Shown piece after piece: positions 52,248 to 61,400 of a stretch of 64,000 nt of DNA. The DNA lies in assembly GCA_965216565.1 (NCBI GenBank), contig OZ244170.1, forward strand, positions 2,976,001-3,040,000. The letters are read 5' to 3'. Position numbers and translations under genes: made by a program. The number at the start of each line of letters is the position of its first letter. Positions within the stretch are counted from its first letter, which is position 1. The notes below the pieces were generated by a model, which searched no databases, had not been told where the DNA came from, and was given only the letters and a program-made list of their open reading frames with translations. Source of the DNA: Bythopirellula sp. (lineage in GTDB: Bacteria; Planctomycetota; Planctomycetia; Pirellulales; Lacipirellulaceae).

Positions 52248-52535
52248 CTACTTCTTCTTCTTACGACGAGTAGCCTTCTTCTTCTTCTTTTTCTTAGTGG
52301 TCTTCTTCTTGGCTGCCTTACGCTTCTTCTTTTTCTTAGCGGTCTTTTTCTTGGCTGCCTTCTTCTTTTTCTTCTTCTTAGTAGCCTTCTTCTTCTTGGC
52401 TGCTTTCTTCTTCTTACGCTTAGTTGTCTTCTTCTTGGCTGCCTTCTTCTTCTTCTTTTTCTTTACGGCTTTTCTTTTAGCCGACTTTTTCTTGGCTGTC
52501 TTTTTCTTGGCAGCCTTTCGTTTCTTTTTAGCCAC
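52248..52535 (-). CDS. Histone H1-like Lys-rich DNA-binding protein
   Basis: GGAGG SD plus GTG start; 61 Lys + 6 Arg of 95 aa; KAAKKK repeats; own terminator. Confidence 0.8.
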   Translation of the reverse strand: MAKKKRKAAKKKTAKKKSAKRKAVKKKKKKKAAKKKTTKRKKKKAAKKKKATKKKKKKKAAKKKTAKKKKKRKAAKKKTTKKKKKKKATRRKKKK

Positions 52536-52928
52536 TTAAACATCCTCCATAGAGAGTTAGCAGTGATCCGCTACACCTGGGAAGAGAATCACTTCTGAGA
52601 AAACATGCCGCTCTTCCAAAAACAGCACGACATTTCATTGCATAAAGAAATCAAAATCCATCTCGTGTTTTTTTCTCCTATCAAGTCTCTCGAAAGAGAA
52701 TCACAAGCAAGACTTGATCGTCACGTTAAGAAGTTCGTGTCGGAATTAGTATCGGAACACTTCTTCCTATATCGTGAACCTCTGGCCGTATTTGTACGAA
52801 TTCACAACGATAGTGCAACACATTTTGGCGATTTTTTTTCGCGCCAGATGAATTTTTTCTTCAATCGAGACACGCAAAGTCAATCCAAACAATACGCGCG
52901 ACCCATTTCTTTGATGCAAAGCAAGAAA

Positions 52929-53699
52929 TTAATACAAAAAAATCTTCGTGCGATCATTCAACCAACCAACCGGCTGCTTCGAGCGCCGTTGCACCCCAAA
53001 GAACGTCGAACTTGCCGGTTCGAGGAGTCGTAAATACGTACTCTGCAGCCAAGAAAATCTTTCCCTCTGTTCAAGCACATTGAAATCGCGGAGTTCGTTG
53101 AGCAAGCCGACCCAGTAATGATCTAAACACTGTCGTCGAGGGTGAATGGGATCGAGCCCATACCATTGGGAAGAGACTGAAAAAATAGGGGTGTGGCGCG
53201 CATCAGCGAGTTGTTTCAAACTTCGGCTAACCTGCTCGGCGCGCGTCACAAGTTCGGCCTTTTCAAGACGACAATAAGGGAACAGCACCCGTCGAAACAT
53301 TCGGAATCGGCGCTCATCGAGTGCTCGAAGTGGTTCGAGTGGCAAGTCGGAAATCACGATGTCGGCATTGATCTCAAGCAGAGCATCAACACACCGCGTT
53401 ACCCACTCCAAAACTTGATCAACGGGCACTTCATAACCCAAATCGTTGCCAATATCGGTTATCAAAGCGGAAGTTGGCGCAGGTTTTGCTTCTCGAAGCG
53501 CGTCCCATAATCCACAGGAAAAAATTCCTGGAAATTTTTTTCCAAAACTTCCCGAATTGAGTCCGAACGAACGTCCGGCGCCTTTTGCAGCGTAGATCGT
53601 GAGTTCTTCATCAAAAGAACTCTTCGCCAAGGAAACGAGACGCGGAAAACCTCGCGACAAGTTACTCGCACCAAGAAAAACCAAGTTTCGATGCATCAC
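52929..53699 (-). CDS. SGNH/GDSL-like hydrolase
   Basis: FLGASNL (block I), IGNDL (block III), DPIHP (block V). Confidence 0.7.
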   Translation of the reverse strand: MMHRNLVFLGASNLSRGFPRLVSLAKSSFDEELTIYAAKGAGRSFGLNSGSFGKKFPGIFSCGLWDALREAKPAPTSALITDIGNDLGYEVPVDQVLEWVTRCVDALLEINADIVISDLPLEPLRALDERRFRMFRRVLFPYCRLEKAELVTRAEQVSRSLKQLADARHTPIFSVSSQWYGLDPIHPRRQCLDHYWVGLLNELRDFNVLEQRERFSWLQSTYLRLLEPASSTFFGVQRRSKQPVGWLNDRTKIFLY

Positions 53700-53847
53700 T
53701 CGCGCTACTTATTGCAGACCATATATGTTGTGAAGAAGTCCGTAATAACGCAATCTTTACCTAGATATTGTGCCACGAGTTTAAACTAGGTAAGCCACGC
53801 ATATTTTTCGGCGCACTCAACAAGTGTTATCCGTTGTTGCGATTGTT

Positions 53848-54624
53848 CTACCAAATCGACGCTTGGTAGGCCTGCAGCGTGCGATAACTCGAGTACGAAA
53901 GGTAGCCGAAGAACACAGCAACAAAAATCGAACCCCACGACAGGCCTACTAGAACCATTGCCGCGGCACAAATCATGGAGATTTTCAGCGAAAGCAGGAT
54001 GCCCCGCTGCGGATGGGACAGTTGGCAAACTTCGCGCGAGATTCGTCCCCCATCCAGTGGATAGATGGGCAGCAAATTCACGAGCCCCCACAGGATGTTG
54101 ATCTGGATCAGGCCTCCCAGTAAGAAGTTGACGATATCCGCCGCAAATGGCTCCCAATAGAATGTCAGCCCTAACATTCGCAGAGGGATTACGCTTTCGA
54201 CCCCAAGCGACGCAAAGTCGATCTTCTCGGACGTCTGAACGCCAATCTGATGACCCACGGTTCTGACACACGCAATCACCAACACAGCCAACAAAAATCC
54301 AGCAACAGGGCCTGCCAGCGATATCTCAATTTGCGCCCGCGGCGAACGATCGCAATCGTCGCACGCGGCCATGCCTCCCATACCGTACAGTGTGATCCGC
54401 GGATGCCCGCCGTAGCGACGTTGCCAAACTGCGTGGCCGAACTCGTGAACTAAGATCGAAACCACAACCGCCACAACCCAAGCCAACAAGGCCGCGGGCG
54501 GAGTTTTTCCGTTCAGGCCAAGCAGAACCGTCATGATCCAAAAGTAAGGGTGAATCCTGACCGGCGTATCGCCTAGCCGAAAGTGGATGTCTCCCTGCGT
54601 GGGAGGCGGTTCATTGAGGAACAC
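53848..54624 (-). CDS. Site-2 protease (peptidase M50)
   Basis: HEFGH, SLAGP and NLLPIYPLDGG motifs. Confidence 0.93.
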   Translation of the reverse strand: MFLNEPPPTQGDIHFRLGDTPVRIHPYFWIMTVLLGLNGKTPPAALLAWVVAVVVSILVHEFGHAVWQRRYGGHPRITLYGMGGMAACDDCDRSPRAQIEISLAGPVAGFLLAVLVIACVRTVGHQIGVQTSEKIDFASLGVESVIPLRMLGLTFYWEPFAADIVNFLLGGLIQINILWGLVNLLPIYPLDGGRISREVCQLSHPQRGILLSLKISMICAAAMVLVGLSWGSIFVAVFFGYLSYSSYRTLQAYQASIW

Positions 54625-54688
54625 AGATGTCCTTTCCAGAACGTGTTTGAAATGCGTGTGCCACGGTCGAGGGTGTACCCTATTTGAT

Positions 54689-54748
54689 GTAGCTGGATTC
54701 GCAAGAATTCAGAATGCCAACTGGCTGAATTCTTGCGAATCCAGCTAC
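54689..54748. repeat. GTAG-type REP doublet
   Basis: Perfect 24-bp inverted repeat GTAGCTGGATTCGCAAGAATTCAG; sister copy at 27311. Confidence 0.88.
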
Positions 54749-54785
54749 GGACAATCACGAAAAAAAAGTTGACCTGTCTTGAACC

Positions 54786-56003
54786 TCACGCCGACTGTCG
54801 TAGTGTAGCAGTGCCTGGTCCGTTGGCCAGATTGGAGATGTACTCAGCGGCCCGCTGAGAGGCGCCTCCATGGGCGATCTTGGATTTTAGCTGCGTAAGT
54901 TGATCTACATTCCTCTGGTAGGCAGCGGAATCTGTGAGCCAGTCAATCACGTGATCGGCCACGTCAGCGGATCGATCTTTGCAAGTAAGATACTCCGGCA
55001 TCAAGACATGTTCGTCGCGGGGGTCGCTGGGCGAGTAAATACCTGCCTCGCTCTCCGCAAACGGGTCGGGGGCCGTCAGCAAATTCACCAAGGTGATGTA
55101 ACGAACCTTGCGAAAAATACTCTGTACAAAATAGCCTAGCCGCGTGATTTGGTACTGAATGACCGACGGTTTGCAGTGGTAGAGGAGCTCTAACGAAACC
55201 GAGCCAGAGCAAGCCATCGTGCAGCGCGCGGCATGAATAAGTTCCGCCGTCCGCCCGACGTGGATCTCCGCCGGCAAATTATTCTCGGCAACGAGTTGGG
55301 CAACCATCTCGCGTTGCGACTGCTTATAGACGGCGACAGCAAAGCGGACGCTGGGCACCTGCTGGCGAACCATCTTTGCTGCCTTTAAGAACGCGGGCAG
55401 ATTGCCTTTGATCTCCTGCGTGCGAGAGCCGGGCAAGATCGCCACTAATGGGTCGGACTCCGACTTCTGATCTTCGACAAAATTATTGTCTAGCACCCGA
55501 GATTCGAGTTCATCGAAATACGGATGCCCCACGAAAGTGGCATGGCAGCCACGCTCACGAAACCAGGTTTCTTCAAATGGCAATTTGCACAGTACGTGGT
55601 CGACGTCACGCCGCATCTTCTTCACACGCCAACTGGCCCAAGCCCACAGTTGAGGAGTACCGTAATACACAACCGGAATGCCATGAGCCTTCGCTTTGCG
55701 GGCGATATGCCAATTGAAACCTGGGTAGTCGATCAGCACTACCAGGTCGGGCCGTTCGTTCTCGAAGTACGCATCTGCCTCACGTAGCAAACGACGGAAC
55801 TTGTGATAGTTGGTCACCACCTGAGCCACCCACATCACCGCCAATTGCGTAAGGTCGGCATTCAACGAACAGCCAGCCGCGGCCATCCGTGGTCCGCCAT
55901 ACCCGACGAAATCCCAGTGGTCGTGCCGCTGGCGCAGCGCACGAATTAGATTCGCCCCGTGCAAATCGCCGCTTGGTTCACCAACTGAGAAAAAGACCTT
56001 CAT
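54786..56003 (-). CDS. lpxB: Lipid-A-disaccharide synthase
   Basis: GEPSGDLHGA, IDYPGFN, PQLWAW, LPFE, VGHP, LPGSR. Confidence 0.96.
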   Translation of the reverse strand: MKVFFSVGEPSGDLHGANLIRALRQRHDHWDFVGYGGPRMAAAGCSLNADLTQLAVMWVAQVVTNYHKFRRLLREADAYFENERPDLVVLIDYPGFNWHIARKAKAHGIPVVYYGTPQLWAWASWRVKKMRRDVDHVLCKLPFEETWFRERGCHATFVGHPYFDELESRVLDNNFVEDQKSESDPLVAILPGSRTQEIKGNLPAFLKAAKMVRQQVPSVRFAVAVYKQSQREMVAQLVAENNLPAEIHVGRTAELIHAARCTMACSGSVSLELLYHCKPSVIQYQITRLGYFVQSIFRKVRYITLVNLLTAPDPFAESEAGIYSPSDPRDEHVLMPEYLTCKDRSADVADHVIDWLTDSAAYQRNVDQLTQLKSKIAHGGASQRAAEYISNLANGPGTATLRQSA

Positions 56004-56186
56004 TCGTTCGCCTCGGACTGGAAGACTCGATTCGCGCGAAGTATGGCAAATTGGTGGAAACAGCGAAAGTTCAGTTGGACTGACCTTAATTGCAGACCAC
56101 GAATTGTGCGAATTAGACGATGAGTTTCCGCGTGGAGATCGTTATAGCTGCTAGATCGCTCCTCTTTGTAGCTGCTAGATCACTCC

Positions 56187-56260
56187 CTAGCCGGAGGCAC
56201 ACTTGCCTCCGGACTACGGCGGGTCGTCCACCACGGCGGACCGCGTGGCGGTCCGGCTAG
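56187..56260. repeat. REP-like double-hairpin element with CTAGCCGGA termini
   Basis: Terminal inverted repeat plus two internal hairpins; preceded by an 18-bp direct repeat (56145 and 56169). Confidence 0.7.
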
Positions 56261-56479
56261 CAGCGATTCTTATGCTTCGCTGTCAAACGTGGTAGCGAGC
56301 CGTGGTGTCGTCGCTTCTAACAAAATGGCATGATTTCAATGCAATTTCCGGAAAAGTTCCGCCCGAATTCCCAAGATCACTCCCGCGACTGCGAAGCACT
56401 ACAATGAGAGAACAAAAATAAGCAGACGGCGTCGCACGGCAACCCTTTCACGAGGCACCCCAACTGAGGGTGAATTCCC

Positions 56480-57202
56480 ATGAACAACGAAAACTTGGCG
56501 GAAACGCAATATTTCGAGCCGGGCAAAGATCATCCCGCTGCCGTCGAAGGAAACGGTCCATTGGCTGAGTTCAAACCGTGGGTCTCCATTTGGACCAGCC
56601 CCAGACTAACCATCCGCCAGATTCTCAACACTGATCCGACCCTCTACATACTTCCCCTCATCTGCCTGATTGGCATTGCTGATTTCCTGGAAAATGCTGC
56701 GAACGAAAATGCCGGGGACAGCGTGCCTGTTAGCGTCATTCTGCTTCTTGCCGTTGTCGTCGGCCCGATTGCCGGCTTCGTCTACGTGTGGCTGTTCAGC
56801 CACTTGATCCGTATCGTCGGCAATTGGCTCGGAGGAGTCGCAGGTTATGCGCAGATAAAACCAGCTCTCGTTTGGGGCTCGATCCCCAACGCAGCGTCCC
56901 TATTGCTATGGATCCCTATCATTGCAATCTTAGGGAGAGACGCCTTCACCAGCTCAGCCGAATTCCTCGAAGGCGATACTTTTCGAGCAGCCATTGTGAT
57001 CTGCTTGGGTTTGCAACAAATCATTCTGGGCATCTGGTCGGTTGTGCTGACCAGCAATACGGTGGCCGAAGTCCAGGGATTTCAATCCGCTTGGAAAGGC
57101 CTGGGAAACATTCTACTGGCGGGCCTGGTGGTTGTCTTACCGATCTTATTGATGATCGCCGTCGGCCTCGGAATAGCAGTCGCCTTGGGTGGGATGAACT
57201 AA
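56480..57202 (+). CDS. Yip1 family membrane protein
   Basis: PWVSIWTSPR.TIR motif; about 5 TM; AEVQGF.SAWK. Confidence 0.85.
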   Translation: MNNENLAETQYFEPGKDHPAAVEGNGPLAEFKPWVSIWTSPRLTIRQILNTDPTLYILPLICLIGIADFLENAANENAGDSVPVSVILLLAVVVGPIAGFVYVWLFSHLIRIVGNWLGGVAGYAQIKPALVWGSIPNAASLLLWIPIIAILGRDAFTSSAEFLEGDTFRAAIVICLGLQQIILGIWSVVLTSNTVAEVQGFQSAWKGLGNILLAGLVVVLPILLMIAVGLGIAVALGGMN

Positions 57203-57314
57203 CGAGCCGCGGCGTGCGCGTCCCCAAGCTTCTCCGATCTAGGAATAAATCCGCACACCAAAAGAAGATTCGTCTTATGAGTTAGCTCAGTGGTCACCTA
57301 CGAACTCGTGGTGA

Positions 57315-57884
57315 CTAGCGAATTTCGAGCAACAACTCGAGATAGCTGCGCCGTTCGATCTCCGCCAATGCCAATTGATCTGCCAGGGCCGAAAGTGTGG
57401 AGCGTGCCTTCTGCAGCAGCGGATCGTTTGGCCCCGAGGCTTCCACACCGATCTCGATTTCAACAAACTCGCCCAATCCCTCGATCTGGTCCAGCGCAAA
57501 CTCAATCTCCAGCTCGTCCCGCGACAATCGGGCGGTGCGGCGCTGCTTCGTAACGGTCGAGACGGGCGTGAACCCTAAGTGCTGGAAGATCGCGTGGCAC
57601 GATTGCCGAGCCTGTTCCCCGGGGGCCAAAGCAACTTCTTCCTCGCAGCGGGTCTTCGTCTCCGCGTCGATTTTGGGCCCCTTATAGGTGATGCAATTCC
57701 ACGTCCCCACGGAACGGAGACGAAACGCCTCATCGGTTTCAGAAAAATCGCGCGTCGGATGACGATAATAACAATCGACCTGCTCAACCGCGTCGCTGAT
57801 CTGCAGATCCATCTTGGTCAGAGCATCGATGGTTCGCTGTAGATTGTCGACCCGATACTTTTGTTCGACTTCGAAATGGCTCAT
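57315..57884 (-). CDS. cyaB: Class IV adenylate cyclase / CYTH domain protein
   Basis: EVEQK, QVDCYY.HP.RDF..TDEAFRLR, TYKGP, GLGEFVEIE, SYLELL. Confidence 0.88.
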   Translation of the reverse strand: MSHFEVEQKYRVDNLQRTIDALTKMDLQISDAVEQVDCYYRHPTRDFSETDEAFRLRSVGTWNCITYKGPKIDAETKTRCEEEVALAPGEQARQSCHAIFQHLGFTPVSTVTKQRRTARLSRDELEIEFALDQIEGLGEFVEIEIGVEASGPNDPLLQKARSTLSALADQLALAEIERRSYLELLLEIR

Positions 57885-57978
57885 GATCAGACGCTTCCTT
57901 GTTTGGCGGTCAGCGGTCAGCTTTCAGCGGTCAGCCTTTGAATGCAAAGCGTGTAGGCACCTCTTAGGCACCTCTCAG

Positions 57979-58076
57979 GCATCGAGGAAAAATAACTTCT
58001 CCTTGGGTCCCTCGCCCCTGTGGGGAGAGGCTAGGTGAGGGGAAGAATAAATACGGAAGTTATTTTTCCTCGATGC
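57979..58076. repeat. MITE/REPIN-like element with 21-bp terminal inverted repeats
   Basis: GCATCGAGGAAAAATAACTTC ... GAAGTTATTTTTCCTCGATGC around the same core as 32947. Confidence 0.8.
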
Positions 58077-58113
58077 TTTCGCTGACCGCTGACTGCTGAA
58101 AGCTACTACCCGC

Positions 58114-59541
58114 CTAATCGCTGAGATACTGCGAAGCATCAAACGACTGTCCTGCCTCGACCCGCTCGGCGACCCCCGCCGCATCGAGTGCGTAAAGTGG
58201 ACTGATTTCGACCTCGGCTCCATCAGCCACGCTGGCACCGGCAGCCTCAAGCCAGCGGCGATGCTGGGCACACATCATCTGTTGCACATACTCCTCGGTA
58301 TCCTTCGGCGCCCCTGGCGCATTCTTTAGCGGGGCAAAACACTCCTCCTCGGCAAACTCGACGACAATCGGGTTCTTAGCCTCGGGCAGCAGATCAAAGA
58401 TGAATCGCTCGAACTTCAGGGCATTGGGCGCGGAAGGCTCGACTCGGTCGCCACCGGGCGGAAGATGCGCGACCTTTTTCTTAGCGATGTGATACGGGAG
58501 CGTACTGGAGATCGATTGGGCCCGTTCAAACAAGTTGCGATCGAAGACATGGATGGCAATGCTGCCGGCCCAGAATTGCAATTCCCCCTGGTCATCTCTC
58601 TTCTCGGCGACGTCATCGGGCAAATCGCTGTATTCGATCACATGCAGCCGGCCATCGATCATGGCAAAGTTGCCCACTTTTTCACCCGGCGTTTCTTTGG
58701 CAATCGCAAGCGACGTTAGCTCCGACTCGGCTAGCAAGTGGTAGCCGAGGAATTGGGCATCACAGACGGGGGCCAGCGGGTTATCGACTTGAAAGTAGAA
58801 CAACGTGTTCACGCCGCGCGACTTCATGTCGTCGAGTGCCCCGGTGTCATGAAGCGCTGTGACGGTTCCACCGTGGCCGTTGGGGCTGAGAAATAAACTG
58901 TCCTTCTCCGCCAATAATAGCTTGCCCGAGTCGATGTCCACCGCCGGCATGGTTCCCTGGCAGAAAACTGTGAGTTCGTCCGCGGCGAGGCCGAAGCGGT
59001 CGTTTTCTAGCACAAACTTGACAGTATCTTCGTGCGTGGCGGGGCTCGTCATCAGGTACAGCGGAATAGAAACTTTGTGCCGACGCGCTAACGCGCGAAC
59101 TTTCTCGACATGTATTTGCAAGAGACTCGCCTCAGAGACCGGCCCAATGGGGTAGAGACTCTTCGGCAGATCAAATCCGAGCCGACTCCCCTGCCCTCCA
59201 GCCGTGAGGATAACGCCAACTTCTCCCGCCTCCAGCGCCTCGATGCCACGGCGTTGGGCTTCGGCAGAAGAAATTCCCAAACTACCGGCTTGGCCCGATT
59301 CTCTTTCGGCTAGTCGCACGGCAGGCGGTGGCTCGGCACGCCGCGAGAGTTCGTGCCAATCGGGCTGATCCACTTCACCATGGAATAGAGACTGAATGAG
59401 CTGAAAATCTACGCCTTGAATTTGCCCCCCTAGCGTTGCTCGTTGGAGGTCGCTCAATTCGTCCCAATAGTGCAGCAGATGTTGCTGCCCGGTGGGCTCT
59501 AGGGTGGCCAGCAGTTCAGACTTAGTGGGGAAATCTGTCAT
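58114..59541 (-). CDS. UDP-N-acetylhexosamine pyrophosphorylase, eukaryote-like UAP/UDPGP family
   Basis: AGGQGSRLG..PK, YLMTS, FCQG, PNGHGG, QVDNP, IEYSD, KFERFIFD, FAPLKN. Confidence 0.9.
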   Translation of the reverse strand: MTDFPTKSELLATLEPTGQQHLLHYWDELSDLQRATLGGQIQGVDFQLIQSLFHGEVDQPDWHELSRRAEPPPAVRLAERESGQAGSLGISSAEAQRRGIEALEAGEVGVILTAGGQGSRLGFDLPKSLYPIGPVSEASLLQIHVEKVRALARRHKVSIPLYLMTSPATHEDTVKFVLENDRFGLAADELTVFCQGTMPAVDIDSGKLLLAEKDSLFLSPNGHGGTVTALHDTGALDDMKSRGVNTLFYFQVDNPLAPVCDAQFLGYHLLAESELTSLAIAKETPGEKVGNFAMIDGRLHVIEYSDLPDDVAEKRDDQGELQFWAGSIAIHVFDRNLFERAQSISSTLPYHIAKKKVAHLPPGGDRVEPSAPNALKFERFIFDLLPEAKNPIVVEFAEEECFAPLKNAPGAPKDTEEYVQQMMCAQHRRWLEAAGASVADGAEVEISPLYALDAAGVAERVEAGQSFDASQYLSD

Positions 59542-59747
59542 CGTCAAAAAATCCAGTTTCGCACCCAGGCGTACGCCAAGAGGCAAAGGAGCGGAAAGGC
59601 TACGAAGACAACTCCGTAGGTAAACAACGAAGTCCACACATGTCGGGGCCAGCGTGCCATGTCGATATCACTCAGAACTGAAGTCCAAGGAGCCATTCGA
59701 TTCGTAAGGGACTATTATCGCTTGTTGAAGGTAATTTCCTAGGGGCC

Positions 59748-59783
59748 AGCCGACGACGCTAGCCGCGGCTAGCGCCGTCGGCT
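59748..59783. repeat. REP-like palindrome (AGCCGACGGCGCTAGCCGCGG family)
   Basis: 36-bp palindrome with one mismatch; spaced copy at 61259-61334. Confidence 0.8.
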
Positions 59784-59999
59784 CACATCGGACTCGGCAG
59801 GAAATCTGCCGTTCCCAAGTAGTTGAACCCAGCGGCTGTCGTCGACTATACTGCTAAGTTCGTGTGGCGTGATTTGCCGTCCACAGAACTCGCACAGATT
59901 TAGTTTCCAACGATCGCAGACCATTTATATGGGTCAGGCAATGGCTTGAGGGCCGCGATAACGCCCTCAAGGACTGACACCCGCAAGGAGAAATCAGAC

Positions 60000-61184
60000 G
60001 TGGCATCCGGAAAATATCTTTTTACTAGCGAAGCCGTAAGTATGGGCCATCCCGACAAGCTGGCCGACCAAATCTCCGACGGCGTGCTCGACGCACTTTT
60101 TGCCCAAGACCCCCATAGCCGCGTGGCCTGCGAAACAATGGTCACCACCGGTGTCGTGGTCATTGCCGGTGAGATCACCACCGAAGCCACCGTCGACATG
60201 CAGAAGATTGTCCGCGAAGTAATTCACGATGTCGGTTACACCGAGGCTTCGATGGGCATTAGTGCCGATCACTGTGCCGTGATGGTCGCCATCGACGAAC
60301 AGAGTGCCGACATCGCCATGGGTGTCGACGACGACGAGAGCAAAGGCAAAGACATCGGTGCCGGCGACCAAGGCCTGATGTTTGGCTACGCCTGCAACGA
60401 TACCGAGGAGTTGATGCCACTACCCATTGCTCTGTCGCATCGAATTCTTAATCGGCTGACCGACGCTCGCAGGAATGGCGATGTCGATTGGCTGCGTCCC
60501 GATAGCAAAAGTCAGGTCACGGTCGAATACGATGGCAACACGGCTTTGCGTATCGACACGGTAGTCGTGTCCACGCAGCATGCCCCCGATGTCACCAATG
60601 AAGAAATTCAAAAGTACATTATCGAAGAAATTATCAAACCGGAGCTTCCTGCCGACTTGGTCAGCGACGACATCACCTACCACATCAATCCCACCGGAAG
60701 GTTTGTGGTGGGTGGTCCTCACGGCGACTGTGGCCTGACCGGGCGAAAGATTATCGTTGACACCTACGGAGGTTGGGGTCGTCACGGGGGCGGAGCCTTC
60801 AGTGGCAAGGATCCCACCAAGGTCGACCGCAGTGCCGCCTACATGGCCCGCTACGTGGCCAAGAACATTGTCGCCGCCGGCTTGGCTGAGCGGTGCGAAG
60901 TGCAGTTGGCCTACGCCATCGGTGTTTCCGAGCCTGTGAGTATCCGCATCGATACCGAGGGCACTGGCAAAGTGGACGACGCAGTGCTTTGCGACGTCGT
61001 CCGCGAGGTATTCCCGCTGTCGCCCGCAGGAATTATCGATCACCTGGATCTCCGCCGACCGATTTTCCGCAAGACAGCCTCCGGGGGGCATTTCGGTCGC
61101 AGCGAGCCGGAATTCACCTGGGAAAAGACCGACCAGGTCGAAAAGCTCACAGCCGCAGCCGAGCAATCGGCAGCCGCCACTTGA
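60000..61184 (+). CDS. metK: S-adenosylmethionine synthetase
   Basis: AAGGAG plus GTG; FTSE...[34 protein letters not shown]. Confidence 0.98.
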   Translation: MASGKYLFTSEAVSMGHPDKLADQISDGVLDALFAQDPHSRVACETMVTTGVVVIAGEITTEATVDMQKIVREVIHDVGYTEASMGISADHCAVMVAIDEQSADIAMGVDDDESKGKDIGAGDQGLMFGYACNDTEELMPLPIALSHRILNRLTDARRNGDVDWLRPDSKSQVTVEYDGNTALRIDTVVVSTQHAPDVTNEEIQKYIIEEIIKPELPADLVSDDITYHINPTGRFVVGGPHGDCGLTGRKIIVDTYGGWGRHGGGAFSGKDPTKVDRSAAYMARYVAKNIVAAGLAERCEVQLAYAIGVSEPVSIRIDTEGTGKVDDAVLCDVVREVFPLSPAGIIDHLDLRRPIFRKTASGGHFGRSEPEFTWEKTDQVEKLTAAAEQSAAAT

Positions 61185-61258
61185 GAATCGAATTGCTAGC
61201 GGCCAACTAGACTGCGCTAGGCTGAACTCCAGCCCGTACGGTATCCTGAGGCTGTAGA

Positions 61259-61334
61259 AGCCGGCGGTGCTAGCCGCGGGTCTACCCGGATTGAACGTCG
61301 ATACTGATATAACCCGCGGCTAGCGCCGTCGGCT
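61259..61334. repeat. REP-like doublet (same family as 59748)
   Basis: 23-bp imperfect inverted arms. Confidence 0.78.
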
Positions 61335-61400
61335 CAGGACTATTATTGTTAGATCGATTTCAACGTAACAAGCGGACACTCTAACGGATTAAGTGTTGCT

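Noticed and set aside
52194..52598. Leu- or Phe-rich + strand 'membrane protein' ORFs
   Set aside because: Complement of the AAG-rich Lys gene; SD, terminator polarity and codon pattern all favour the minus strand
54648..54663. Sigma54 promoter-like TGGCAC-N5-TTTCA (minus strand) before the site-2 protease
   Set aside because: Lacks the invariant -12 GC
56145..56186. 18-bp direct repeat as a possible CRISPR array
   Set aside because: Only two units, a 6-nt spacer and no cas genes
59861..59890. SAM-II-like start (GTGGCGTGATTTG)
   Set aside because: Downstream SAM-II pseudoknot elements not found; kept only as an unclassified leader
60420..61166. 248-aa minus-strand ORF
   Set aside because: Antisense shadow of metK
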